Assembly: GCA_000436835.1 (NCBI GenBank) | Contig: FR889161.1 | Coordinates: forward strand, 112,741-176,740 | Source of the DNA: Eubacterium sp. CAG:251 | GTDB taxonomy: Bacteria; Bacillota; Clostridia; Oscillospirales; Acutalibacteraceae | Length of the DNA stretch: 64,000 bases | Direction: 5' to 3' | Shown: piece by piece, positions 9,770 to 19,809 of the stretch | Layout: each line of letters opens with the position of its first letter | Numbering within the stretch: position 1 is the stretch's first letter | The notes under the pieces: generated by a model | Told to the model about the DNA's origin: nothing | The model's input: only the letters and a program-made list of their open reading frames with translations | Databases searched by the model: none | Made by a program: the position numbers and the translations under genes

Positions 9770-11683
9770 ATGGCAAGAATTAATGTTTTACCAAAAGAAA
9801 TATATCAGCTTATAGCAGCAGGCGAAGTCGTTGAACGTCCTTCAAGTGTTGTTAAAGAAATGATTGAAAATTCGCTTGATGCAGATGCGAAAAATATCAC
9901 TCTTGAAATTAAAAACGGCGGTTCAACGTATATAAGAATTACAGATGACGGCTGCGGAATTGAAAGAGATGATGTGAGAAAGGTATTTATTTCTCATGCT
10001 ACAAGCAAAATTTCAAAAAAAGACGACTTAAATTCAATCGCAACTCTCGGCTTTAGAGGCGAGGCTATGGCTTCTATCTCTGCCGTTTCCAAGGTTGAAT
10101 TATTGACTAAAGCCGAAAATGAAGAAATCGGCACAAGATATGAAATTGCAGGCGGCGAGGAGCTTGAGTTTGACGACGCAGGCTGCCCTAACGGCACTAC
10201 TATTGTGGTTCGTGATATTTTCTTTAACACCCCTGCAAGAATGAAGTTTTTGAAAAAAGACGTTACCGAGGGCAATCAGGTTGCCGGAATTGTTGACAGA
10301 ATGGCAATATCTCATCCGGAGATATCGTTTAGATTTATTCGTGACGGCAAGCAAGTTCTTATCACCTCAGGTAACGGAGATTTAAAATCGACTGTTTATT
10401 CGGTTTTGGGTAAGGAAATGAGCGACAGTTTAATGAGCGTTGACTATTCCTTTAATGATATGAGGATTACGGGCTTTGTTTCAAAGCCGACTGCTTCAAG
10501 AAAAAGCAGAGCAGGTCAGTATTTTTATATCAATAACCGTATTGTTAAGTCGAAAACCGCTATGGCGGCGCTTGAACAGGCTTATAAAAACACAATTATG
10601 GTGGGGCGCTTTCCTGCTTGTGTGCTTAATATCGAGCTTAACCCTGCGCAGGTTGACGTAAACGTTCATCCGGCTAAAACAGAGGTCAGGTTTGCTAATG
10701 AAAAGCCGATATTTGACCTTGTTTATTACGCAGTTAAAACGGCAATTGAAAATGACAGGACCGTTAAAGAGGTTGAGTTTAAAGAAAATCCGGTTTATCG
10801 GCAAGAGTCTAAAAATGTTTATCAAAATAATGATAATAAATCGTTTCAGGCGAAATTTGATTTCTTTAAAAAGAAGGACGAGCCGCCCTCTCAGCAGGTT
10901 ATTAAGACTAAGCCGAGAGAAAATTTTTGGCAGGTTGAAGCGCCGAAGCCTGAATATAAAATTGCAAGAGATGAAAAGCCTAAGGCAAGGGTAGATATAA
11001 ATATCGAATATGAAGAGCCTGAGGAAATTTCAACTGCCAAAAGCGAAGATGCGCCGAAGGAGCAGGATATTGAAAAGGTAGTAATTACTGACGAAAAGGA
11101 TAATGAAAACTTTATTCCTAATTTCAAGCTGATTGGCGAAGCTTTTAAAACATATTTGATTGTTGAAATAGAAAACGAGCTTTATTTTATTGACAAGCAT
11201 GCCGCTCACGAAAGAATGAATTTTGAGCGATTTAAAGCACAGGCAACTGTTGAAACGCAAATGCTTTTAGCGCCTGTTGTTGTTAATCTTACAAAGGACG
11301 AATTTATTGCAATAAGCGAAAATGTTGAGCTTATTAAGAAGTGCGGTTTCGAACTTGAGGAATTCGGCGAAAGTCAAATTATTGTTCGTGCAATACCGAG
11401 TCTTGTTGACGGCGACAGCGTTAAGGATTTGATGCTTGAAATTGCGCAGAAGCTTCTTGAACATAAAACGGACATTCTGCCTGATAAAATTGATTGGATA
11501 TATCATTCCGCTTCTTGCCGTGGCGCTGTTAAGGCAGGCGATTATACTTCAAGGCAGGAGCAGGAAATGTTTGTTAAAAAGCTTCTTTCGATGCCTAATA
11601 TTCGCTTTTGCCCTCACGGCAGACCCGTGTTTATAAAAATGAGTAAATACGATATTGAAAAGCAGTTTGGCAGAGTGACTTGA
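9770..11683 (+). CDS. mutL: DNA mismatch repair protein MutL
   Basis: GHKL ATPase N-terminus (VVKEMIENSLDA, ITDDGCGI), C-terminal dimerisation domain, RBS AAGGAGG. Confidence 0.95.
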   Translation: MARINVLPKEIYQLIAAGEVVERPSSVVKEMIENSLDADAKNITLEIKNGGSTYIRITDDGCGIERDDVRKVFISHATSKISKKDDLNSIATLGFRGEAMASISAVSKVELLTKAENEEIGTRYEIAGGEELEFDDAGCPNGTTIVVRDIFFNTPARMKFLKKDVTEGNQVAGIVDRMAISHPEISFRFIRDGKQVLITSGNGDLKSTVYSVLGKEMSDSLMSVDYSFNDMRITGFVSKPTASRKSRAGQYFYINNRIVKSKTAMAALEQAYKNTIMVGRFPACVLNIELNPAQVDVNVHPAKTEVRFANEKPIFDLVYYAVKTAIENDRTVKEVEFKENPVYRQESKNVYQNNDNKSFQAKFDFFKKKDEPPSQQVIKTKPRENFWQVEAPKPEYKIARDEKPKARVDINIEYEEPEEISTAKSEDAPKEQDIEKVVITDEKDNENFIPNFKLIGEAFKTYLIVEIENELYFIDKHAAHERMNFERFKAQATVETQMLLAPVVVNLTKDEFIAISENVELIKKCGFELEEFGESQIIVRAIPSLVDGDSVKDLMLEIAQKLLEHKTDILPDKIDWIYHSASCRGAVKAGDYTSRQEQEMFVKKLLSMPNIRFCPHGRPVFIKMSKYDIEKQFGRVT

Positions 11684-11685
11684 TT

Positions 11686-12597
11686 ATGAATAAGGTGATT
11701 GTAATTGCAGGCCCTACGGCTTCTGGCAAAACGGGTCTGGGAATAGAGGTTGCCGGGGCAATCGGCGGCGAAATAATTTCTGCGGATTCAATGCAGGTTT
11801 ATAAAAATATGCCGATAGCTACCGCCGCACCGACAGATGATGAAAAGTCGCAGGCGCCGCACCATCTTGTTGAATTTCTTGATAATGATAAAAAATTCAG
11901 CGTTGCCCAGTGGTGCACTCTTGCAAAGGAAAAAATAGATGATATCATTTCAAGAGGTAAGGTGCCGATAGTTGTCGGCGGAACAGGGCTTTTTATTGAC
12001 AGCCTTGTCGATAATATCAGCTTTGAGGATGTTGAGGTCGATGAGGATTTAAGGCAAAGCCTTATGAAACGTGACGTTGACAGTCTTTACGACGAACTTT
12101 TAAGAGTTGACAAAAAAGCGGCTGAGAATATACATAAAAATAATAAAAAACGAGTTGTTCGTGCGCTGGAACTTCACTATTTGGGAAGTTCAAAAACAGA
12201 ACAAAACGAAAATTCACAAAAAGAGAAAAGCCCTTATGATTTTCTTTATTTCGTGCTTCAATACGAAAACAGGCAAACGCTTTATGACAGGATTAATTTA
12301 AGAGTTGATAAAATGCTTGAAAACGGACTTTTAGATGAGGCTCGTGCCATGCAGGGCAAATGTCAAAAAACGTGCGCTCAGGCGATAGGTCATAAGGAGC
12401 TTGCAAGATATTTAAACGGCGAAGCTTCTCTTGAAGAATGTGCACAAAAGCTTAAGCAGGAAAGCCGCCGATATGCAAAAAGGCAGATTACATGGTTTAA
12501 AAGACGGCAGTGCGCTGTTTTTATTTCTATGGATAAGTTAAAAGGCAGTGCTGTTAAAACAGTTATAGATAAATGCGAGGACTTTTTAAATGGCTGA
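11686..12597 (+). CDS. miaA: tRNA dimethylallyltransferase MiaA
   Basis: P-loop VIVIAGPTASGKT and DSMQVYK motif. Contiguous with mutL. Confidence 0.9.
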   Translation: MNKVIVIAGPTASGKTGLGIEVAGAIGGEIISADSMQVYKNMPIATAAPTDDEKSQAPHHLVEFLDNDKKFSVAQWCTLAKEKIDDIISRGKVPIVVGGTGLFIDSLVDNISFEDVEVDEDLRQSLMKRDVDSLYDELLRVDKKAAENIHKNNKKRVVRALELHYLGSSKTEQNENSQKEKSPYDFLYFVLQYENRQTLYDRINLRVDKMLENGLLDEARAMQGKCQKTCAQAIGHKELARYLNGEASLEECAQKLKQESRRYAKRQITWFKRRQCAVFISMDKLKGSAVKTVIDKCEDFLNG

Positions 12598-13852
12598 AGA
12601 AAAGGCAAAAAAAGTGAATAATGCTTCTAAGTATATATCTAAAGACGTTATTGTTATTTCGGTAGTGCTTATTGCGATTGCCGCATACATTATTGCTGAG
12701 TGCTACAGCGCAACCCACGTTGATATTCAAACGGTTACGGCTGTCAAATCAACGGTTTATCAAACGCTTGATAAAAAAGCTTTGGTTATTCGTGATGAAC
12801 ACACGGTTGAGGGAAATTCAAGCGGTGTGACCGTTGCGTGTGTTAATGACGGGGAAAAGGTAAAGGTCGGCGGAAATATCGCTATGGTTTTTTCAAACAG
12901 CGATAATGCAAAAAGCTATTCAAGTGCTCTTGATTTGCAAAGCCGGTTGGATTATTATATAAATTTGGAAAGCAAGTCGGCAGGTACGGCGACTGACGTT
13001 GAGCAGATAGACAGCGATGTCATAAATGACGTAAATGATTATATTCGTTCTTCTTCAAGTAATAACTTTTCGGCTGTTCAGTCTGCGGCGCTTGACCTTA
13101 ACGATAAGCTGACAAGGCGCCAAATGATAATCGGCGAGGATATTGATTTCAGCACGGTTAAGCAAGGCCTTGAGCAAAAGCTTAATGCAATCAATCTTGA
13201 GTCGTGCAAGCCAACAGGATATGTAAGCACTAAGGAGTCGGGCATTTTTTCATCATACAGTGACGGATGCGAAACGGCTTTTGATTATAAAAATATAGAC
13301 AAGCTTGACGTTAATACGCTTGATAAATATATTGCTCAGGCTAAGAAAGCGAAAAAAACAGACAGTCTCGGCAAGTTGATTACCGATTATGAATGGTATT
13401 TTGCCTGCAAGGTAAGCGCAGACGAGGTTAAAGGGATTGAAAACGGCGATATATTGAATGTTGCGTTTAAGGACAGCGATAAGGTTATTGAATGTGAGGT
13501 TGTCAGCGGTGCAACGCTTGACCTTGGTGTTAAGGAGGCTGTGCTTATTCTTCGTTCAAGCGAGATGGACAGTGAGCTTGCATCAATGCGGCTTGAAAAT
13601 ATAGAAATCAGATTTAACGAATACACCGGATTTAAGGTGCCTTCCTCGGCGATACATATTAATGACAAGGGTGAAAAAACAGTTTATGCCCTTGTTGCAA
13701 ACCAGGTTGAAAGCAGAACAGGCAAAGTTATTTATTCAACCAAGGATTATGTTGTGTTTGAATACACTCCTGAGGATGAAAATTCAATTCGTTTATATGA
13801 CCAAATAATTACGCAAGGAAAGGATTTACATGATGGAAAAGTTTATACCTGA
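12590..13852 (+). CDS. Membrane-anchored HlyD/membrane-fusion-protein-like adaptor (N-terminal TM, biotinyl-lipoyl-like beta domain, coiled coil, C-terminal beta barrel); hypothetical
   Basis: TM helix IVISVVLIAIAAYIIA. TVTAVKSTVYQTL...VKVGGNIAMV resembles the HlyD barrel-sandwich. It overlaps the miaA stop by 8 nt. Confidence 0.5.
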   Translation: MAEEKAKKVNNASKYISKDVIVISVVLIAIAAYIIAECYSATHVDIQTVTAVKSTVYQTLDKKALVIRDEHTVEGNSSGVTVACVNDGEKVKVGGNIAMVFSNSDNAKSYSSALDLQSRLDYYINLESKSAGTATDVEQIDSDVINDVNDYIRSSSSNNFSAVQSAALDLNDKLTRRQMIIGEDIDFSTVKQGLEQKLNAINLESCKPTGYVSTKESGIFSSYSDGCETAFDYKNIDKLDVNTLDKYIAQAKKAKKTDSLGKLITDYEWYFACKVSADEVKGIENGDILNVAFKDSDKVIECEVVSGATLDLGVKEAVLILRSSEMDSELASMRLENIEIRFNEYTGFKVPSSAIHINDKGEKTVYALVANQVESRTGKVIYSTKDYVVFEYTPEDENSIRLYDQIITQGKDLHDGKVYT

Positions 13853-14561
13853 TGAGGCAAGAATACAGTCGGTGCAGGATAATTATAAAAAGGTTTTGTC
13901 TGATGTTAAGGAAACCGCAATCAAAGCCGGCAGAAATCCCGATGATGTAAGACTTATGGCTGTTACCAAAACAGTTGAAAGTTTTTATATTAATAAGGTT
14001 CTCGACTTGGGTGCAGACCTTATAGGCGAAAACAGAGTTCAAGAATTTTTAGGTAAAAAGGACGAACTTCATTTGAACGGGGTTGAAAAGCACCTTATTG
14101 GTCATTTGCAAACTAATAAGGTTAAGCAGATTGTCGGCGAGGTTGATATGATTGAATCTGTTGACAGCGTTCATCTTGCAAAGGAAATCAGCAAAATTTC
14201 TTCAAAGAAGGAAATTACAACAAATATTTTGCTTGAAGTAAACGTCGGTAAAGAAGAGTCAAAAAGCGGAATTTTCCTTGAAGGGCTTAACGATTTAATA
14301 GCCGAGGTTTCCGAAATGGAGAATATTAAGATAAAAGGTCTTATGACTATTCCGCCGATATGTGACAGTGAGGCAGAGGTTTCAAAGTATTTTGAGTCAA
14401 TGTATCAAACTTTCATTGACATTAAGAATAAAAAGATTGATAATGTAGATATGGATATTTTATCAATGGGTATGAGCCACGATTATGAAGCTGCCATTAA
14501 AAACGGTTCTAATATTGTAAGAGTAGGCTCTGCCATTTTCGGCGCAAGAAAATATTTTTAA
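13830..14561 (+). CDS. ylmE: YggS/YlmE family PLP-dependent protein (PLP homeostasis)
   Basis: MAVTKTVESFYINKVLDLGADLIGENRVQEF and SMGMSHDYEAAI motifs. Standard division-cluster position before sepF. Confidence 0.9.
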   Translation: MMEKFIPDEARIQSVQDNYKKVLSDVKETAIKAGRNPDDVRLMAVTKTVESFYINKVLDLGADLIGENRVQEFLGKKDELHLNGVEKHLIGHLQTNKVKQIVGEVDMIESVDSVHLAKEISKISSKKEITTNILLEVNVGKEESKSGIFLEGLNDLIAEVSEMENIKIKGLMTIPPICDSEAEVSKYFESMYQTFIDIKNKKIDNVDMDILSMGMSHDYEAAIKNGSNIVRVGSAIFGARKYF

Positions 14562-14577
14562 AGGGAGAGAGAAGAAT

Positions 14578-15075
14578 ATGAGCTTTTTTGATAAGATTAA
14601 AGAAATCGTTACCGAAAGTGACGATGATGAATACGATGATTTTTATGAGGATGATAAAAAAGACAAGTCAATAGGAATTGCTCCTCCTGCGAGAGATAGA
14701 TTTTCCAGACGTGACAGCTCGGATAGAGAGGAACGTTTTTCCGAGCGCCCACGAATAAAAAGGCACGACAGCGATAAGGTTGTTAATATTCATACAACTA
14801 CTCAACTTCAGGTGGTTCTTGTTAAACCTGAAAGATTTGAGGAGGCGGCAACAATTGCCGACAACCTTAATGAAAAGAGAACTATTGTTTTAAATCTTGA
14901 AAGCACAAACCGTGATGTTGCACGCAGGCTTCTCGATTTTTTAAGCGGTGCGGCTTATGCAAGCGACGGTCAAATTAAGCGTGTTGCAAACAGCACATAT
15001 ATTATTACCCCTTATAATGTTGATGTTATGGGCGATTTAATAGATGAGCTTGAAAATAACGGTATGTTTATGTAA
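14578..15075 (+). CDS. sepF: Cell division protein SepF
   Basis: N-terminal amphipathic MSFFDKIKEIV. Core VVLVKPERFEEAATIADNLNEKRTIVLNLE. Confidence 0.9.
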   Translation: MSFFDKIKEIVTESDDDEYDDFYEDDKKDKSIGIAPPARDRFSRRDSSDREERFSERPRIKRHDSDKVVNIHTTTQLQVVLVKPERFEEAATIADNLNEKRTIVLNLESTNRDVARRLLDFLSGAAYASDGQIKRVANSTYIITPYNVDVMGDLIDELENNGMFM

Positions 15076-15112
15076 GTGATGAAATTAAATACAATTTTGG
15101 AGGAAGAATATA

Positions 15113-16432
15113 ATGATTACACCAAGTCAAATTCGTCAAAAGAAGATATCTACCGTTGACGGCGGCGGATATGACAGAAATGAGGTTAATGAGCTTTTAC
15201 TTGAAATTATAGAGTCTTACGAGGCTGTATATGCTGAGAATAAAGAGCTTTATCGCAAAATGGAAATCCTTGCAAACAGAATAGAGGAATACAGAGCGGA
15301 CGAGGACACTATTAAAAATGCACTTATTGCCGCTCAAAAGACAGCCGATAAGCTTATGAACGACACAAAGCAAAAGGCAGCTCAGTCGCTTGAAGAAAGT
15401 GCAAAGACAGCGCAAAAGACTGTTGTTGACGCTAAGGAAAAGGCAGATAAGATTATTTCAAGTGCAAGGGATTATGTTGCTAACCTCACCAATGAAAAGG
15501 AAAAGGCAGCAGGCGAAATTGTTGACGAGGCTGAAAAGAAAGCAATCGACGCTGTTGCAGGAGCAAAGGTTGTGGCTCGTGAAGTTCTTGAAAAAGCCAA
15601 ATCGCTTTCTCATGAACTTATCAGCAAGACTAATGCTGAAAAGGAAAGCCAAAAGGAACTTGTTGAAAAGCTTAATGCTCAGTCTAAGTCATTTAAGGAG
15701 AACCTCATTTCTCTTTATGAAAAGCAGCTTGAGGCTATTAAAAATATGAATGAAAATGTGGATATTGCCAAAGCTCAGGCAGACGAGGAAAACATTGAAA
15801 ATGAATTAAACGATATATATTCTTCCATTGACGAGCTTTCAAAGGCTGATGATGTCGACAAGGTGATTGAAGAGGCCAAGACGGTCGAGATTGAGGAGGA
15901 AAAGGCAGCAGATGAAGAAATCGAAAAAGAAACAGATGAGGCTGAAGAAACTTCTGAAGTTCCTGCTGAAAACATTCAAGAATCAGCTCAAAACGACGAT
16001 AAAAATGAACCTGAAGCCGTAGAAGAAAATGAAAGTGCAGAAGAAACTGCAAAAGACATCGAGAATGATGCTGTTGACGAAATTATTGAGGAAATAGAAA
16101 GCGGAGATAAAAAGTCAATCGGCACTCTTGATGAGATTGAGGATGAACATTTCGAAGAGCCGGAGGCTTTCTCTGAGGAAGAGGCTAAAGCTGCTGTTGA
16201 CGCATTTTCAAGCGATGAAATTACTCCGATTGAAGAAGCAAGCGCTATTCCTGAAATCAATGACGAACCGGAGATTGAGGAAAAGCCGCAGCCTTTTGAA
16301 AATTACTTCCACGTAAACCGTGAGGACCCTCACAATACAGACGAAACAATTTCTCTTATTCCCGAAGATGATGACGATGAGGACGAAGAGGATAATAAAA
16401 AATTCAAAGGATTTTTTAAAAAGAAAAAATAA
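15113..16432 (+). CDS. divIVA: DivIVA domain protein with about 250-aa polyacidic C-terminal extension and polybasic terminus
   Basis: N-terminal MITPSQIRQKKISTVDGGGYDRNEV and coiled coil. The C-terminal half is very D/E-rich and ends NKKFKGFFKKKK. Confidence 0.85.
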   Translation: MITPSQIRQKKISTVDGGGYDRNEVNELLLEIIESYEAVYAENKELYRKMEILANRIEEYRADEDTIKNALIAAQKTADKLMNDTKQKAAQSLEESAKTAQKTVVDAKEKADKIISSARDYVANLTNEKEKAAGEIVDEAEKKAIDAVAGAKVVAREVLEKAKSLSHELISKTNAEKESQKELVEKLNAQSKSFKENLISLYEKQLEAIKNMNENVDIAKAQADEENIENELNDIYSSIDELSKADDVDKVIEEAKTVEIEEEKAADEEIEKETDEAEETSEVPAENIQESAQNDDKNEPEAVEENESAEETAKDIENDAVDEIIEEIESGDKKSIGTLDEIEDEHFEEPEAFSEEEAKAAVDAFSSDEITPIEEASAIPEINDEPEIEEKPQPFENYFHVNREDPHNTDETISLIPEDDDDEDEEDNKKFKGFFKKKK

Positions 16433-16453
16433 ACCTATCAAGGAGTTAAAATA

Positions 16454-19249
16454 ATGGATTATAATCAAACATTAAATTTACCAAAAACCGATTTTCCTAT
16501 GCGTGCAGGCTTGCCTAAAAGAGAGCCTGAATTTTTGGCACGCTGGGAAGCAAATGACCAATACAAGAAGCTTATGGACCATAACGACGGCAAGCCGCTT
16601 TTCGTTTTGCACGACGGCCCTCCATATGCTAACGGCGATATCCATATCGGCCATGCTCTTAATAAAACACTTAAGGACTTTATTGTCAGATATAAGAATA
16701 TGACAGGCTTTAAGTCACCTTATGTTCCGGGTTGGGATACTCACGGTCTTCCGACTGAGCTTGCCGCAAGAAAGAAAGCAGGCATCAGTGCCGAAACTAA
16801 TATTTCAGACCTTGAACTTCGTAAGATTTGCCGTGATACTGCACTTGGTTTTGTTGATATTCAAAGAGAATCTTTTAAGCGCCTTGGTATTATCGGTGAA
16901 TGGGATAATCCTTATATTACCCTTAAAAAGGAATTTGAAGAGGAACAAATCAAGGTGTTTGCAACAATGGCAAACAAGGGCTATATTTACAAGGGATTAA
17001 AGCCGGTTTATTGGTGTCCTGATTGTAATACCGCTCTTGCAGAGGCTGAAATTGAATATGCCGAGGACCCTTGTCATTCAATCTATGTTAAGTTTAATGT
17101 AACCGATGACCTTGGCAAGCTTACTGCTATGGGCGCTGATTTGAGCAAAACATATTTTGTAATTTGGACAACAACAACTTGGACTCTTCCTGCTAACGTT
17201 GCAATTTGCGTAGGTCCTGATTTTGAATATTCACTTATTAAGTCCGGTGACGAATATTATGTAATGGCTACCGACCTTGCCGCATCTGCTATGGAGGCAA
17301 AGGGCGTAAGCGATTATGAAACTCTCGGCGTTATTAAAGGCTCAGAGCTTGAATATATGAAAACTCAGCATCCGTTTATCGACCGTACATCTCTTGTTAT
17401 TGTCGGCGACCACGTTACTCTTGAAAGCGGTACGGGTTGCGTTCACACTGCACCGGGTCACGGTATTGAGGACTTTGTAGTATGTAAAAATTATCCTGAA
17501 ATTCCTATTATTGTTCCTGTTGATGCTAAGGGCAGGCTCACTGAGGAAGCAGGAATGTTTGCAGGCTTAACAACCGAAGAGGCTAACAAGCCTATTGCAC
17601 TTCATCTTGAAAAAATCGGTGCTCTTTTTGCACTTAAAAAAATCGAACACCAATATCCGCATTGCTGGAGATGTCATAAGCCTGTTATTTTCAGAGCTAC
17701 AAGCCAGTGGTTCTGCTCTGTTGATGATTTTAAGGATGAGGCTGTTAAGGCTGCGGAGGACGTTAAATGGTTCCCTGAATGGGGTAAGGACCGTTTGCAG
17801 TCAATGGTTAAGGAACGTGCTGACTGGTGTATTTCACGTCAGAGAAAATGGGGCGTTCCAATCCCTGTTGTATATTGCCAGGATTGCGGCAAGGAAATCA
17901 TTGACAACGATATTATGATGAAGGTTTCAAAGATTTTCGGCGAAGAAGGCAGTGATGCTTGGTTTGCTCACGATACAGAATATTTCCTTCCTGAAGGCTT
18001 CAAATGTCCTCATTGCGGCAGTGCTAAGGGATTTGATAAAGAAAAGGATATTATGGATGTTTGGTTCGATTCAGGTTCTTCTCACGCTGCAGTTTGCGCA
18101 AGGAGAAAATACCTCAAAGTTCCTGCTGACGTATATCTTGAGGGTGCTGACCAATACAGAGGTTGGTTCCAATCATCACTTCTTACTTCTGTTGCAGGCG
18201 GCCACGGCGCTCCGTATAAGCAAATTATTACTCACGGCTGGACTGTTGACGGCGAAGGCAAAAAAATGTCTAAGTCACTCGGTAACGGTATTGCTCCGCA
18301 GGAAATTATCAGCAAATACGGCGCAGATATTCTTCGTCTTTGGGTTGCAAGTGCCGATTATCATGCAGATATCCGTATCAGCCCTGAAATCTTGAAACAG
18401 ATTTCAGATAACTACCGTAAGCTTCGTAATACGGCAAGATATTGCCTTTCAAACCTCTATGATTTTGACCCGGATAAAGATATGGTTTCAAATGATGAGC
18501 TTGAGGAGCTTGATAAGTATGCTCTTATGAAGCTTGACGAGGTTATTAAGATTGCAAGAGATGCATTTGAGGTTTATGATTATCATACAGCAGCTCATTC
18601 ACTCCATAATTTCTGCGTAGTTGAAATGAGTAACTTCTACTTTGATGTTCTTAAGGATAGACTTTATACATCTGCTCCGCAGAGCAAGACAAGACGTGCA
18701 GCTCAAACAGTTCTTTATAAGGTGCTTGACGCTCTTACTCTTGTTCTTACTCCGATTCTTGCATTTACTGCTGATGAAATTTGGCAGTCAATGCCTCATG
18801 ATAAGAGCAGAAACGGTGAATCGCCGCTCTTTAATGAAATTCCTCAGCCTGATTTTATAGAGGCAGACAGTGATTTCATTGCTAAGTGGGACAGAATTCA
18901 TGCAGTAAGATTTGACGTTCAAAAGGCGCTTGAACTTGCAAGAAACGAAAAGATTATCGGCAAGCCGCTTGAGGCAAAGGTTTCTCTTTATGCAGACGGT
19001 GAGCTTTACGACTTCTTGAAGAGTGTTGAAGCTCAGCTTCCTGAAATCTTTATTACCTCCGGCGTAAGCGTTGAAAAAGGCGAGGGCGAGGTTAAAGGCG
19101 ATGTTGAGGGCTTGAGCATAACAGTTTCTAAGGCTGACGGTGAAAAGTGCGAACGTTGCTGGAAGTTCTCATATACAGTAGGTCAGGATGCAAACCATCC
19201 AACTCTTTGCGCTCATTGTTCGCAAGTAATGAAGGAACTTTCATTATAA
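16454..19249 (+). CDS. ileS: Isoleucyl-tRNA synthetase
   Basis: HIGH (PYANGDIHIGHA) and KMSKS motifs with a C-terminal Zn-finger CxxC pair, at 931 aa. Confidence 0.95.
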   Translation: MDYNQTLNLPKTDFPMRAGLPKREPEFLARWEANDQYKKLMDHNDGKPLFVLHDGPPYANGDIHIGHALNKTLKDFIVRYKNMTGFKSPYVPGWDTHGLPTELAARKKAGISAETNISDLELRKICRDTALGFVDIQRESFKRLGIIGEWDNPYITLKKEFEEEQIKVFATMANKGYIYKGLKPVYWCPDCNTALAEAEIEYAEDPCHSIYVKFNVTDDLGKLTAMGADLSKTYFVIWTTTTWTLPANVAICVGPDFEYSLIKSGDEYYVMATDLAASAMEAKGVSDYETLGVIKGSELEYMKTQHPFIDRTSLVIVGDHVTLESGTGCVHTAPGHGIEDFVVCKNYPEIPIIVPVDAKGRLTEEAGMFAGLTTEEANKPIALHLEKIGALFALKKIEHQYPHCWRCHKPVIFRATSQWFCSVDDFKDEAVKAAEDVKWFPEWGKDRLQSMVKERADWCISRQRKWGVPIPVVYCQDCGKEIIDNDIMMKVSKIFGEEGSDAWFAHDTEYFLPEGFKCPHCGSAKGFDKEKDIMDVWFDSGSSHAAVCARRKYLKVPADVYLEGADQYRGWFQSSLLTSVAGGHGAPYKQIITHGWTVDGEGKKMSKSLGNGIAPQEIISKYGADILRLWVASADYHADIRISPEILKQISDNYRKLRNTARYCLSNLYDFDPDKDMVSNDELEELDKYALMKLDEVIKIARDAFEVYDYHTAAHSLHNFCVVEMSNFYFDVLKDRLYTSAPQSKTRRAAQTVLYKVLDALTLVLTPILAFTADEIWQSMPHDKSRNGESPLFNEIPQPDFIEADSDFIAKWDRIHAVRFDVQKALELARNEKIIGKPLEAKVSLYADGELYDFLKSVEAQLPEIFITSGVSVEKGEGEVKGDVEGLSITVSKADGEKCERCWKFSYTVGQDANHPTLCAHCSQVMKELSL

Positions 19250-19257
19250 ATATTTTT

Positions 19258-19295
19258 AATAGGCACACACCAAAAATGATGTGTGCCTGATTTGC
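19258..19295 (+). terminator. Rho-independent terminator after ileS
   Basis: Hairpin AGGCACACACCAAAAATGATGTGTGCCT followed by a U-rich tract. Confidence 0.6.
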
Positions 19296-19314
19296 TATAA
19301 AACGGAGAGGTTTT

Positions 19315-19809
19315 GTGAAGTTAAAAAATAAAAAAATATGGTGTACGGTTATGATTGTGATAATTGTTGCCATTGATCAAATAACTAAATATTTTGCAAA
19401 AGCCTGTCTTTACGGTAAAGGCGCAAAGCCGTTTATTAAAGGTGTAGTCGAGTTCGTTTATGCTCAAAATACAGGAGTTGCTTTTTCTATGTTTGACGGG
19501 GGACGTTGGTTTTTTGTAGCACTGACCGCTGTTGTTCTTCTGTTTTGCATATTATATATGTATAAGGGCAAGGGGCAAAACAACCTTTGGCTTTTTTGGT
19601 CGCTCGGAGTTATAGTGTCGGGTGCAATAGGCAATTTGATAGACAGAATTTATCTTGGCTACGTAATTGATTTTATTAATCCGACCTTTGTTAATTTTGC
19701 AGTGTTTAATATAGCGGATTGCGCAGTAACATTGGGAACGATAAGTCTTATGGCTTACCTTGTTTTTGATATATTTAAAAAGGAGAACAAGGATGAGCCA
19801 AAAAATTGA
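19315..19809 (+). CDS. lspA: Lipoprotein signal peptidase II
   Basis: GTG start with GGAGAGG RBS. IDQITKYFAK, YAQNTGVAFSMF and FNIADCAV motifs. Confidence 0.9.
   Translation: MKLKNKKIWCTVMIVIIVAIDQITKYFAKACLYGKGAKPFIKGVVEFVYAQNTGVAFSMFDGGRWFFVALTAVVLLFCILYMYKGKGQNNLWLFWSLGVIVSGAIGNLIDRIYLGYVIDFINPTFVNFAVFNIADCAVTLGTISLMAYLVFDIFKKENKDEPKN

Noticed and set aside
16433-16453. Looked for a T-box leader ahead of ileS (and serC, gltX, asnB)
   Set aside because: The divIVA-ileS gap is only 21 nt. No AGGGTGGnACCGCG-like T-box core was seen in the other leaders.
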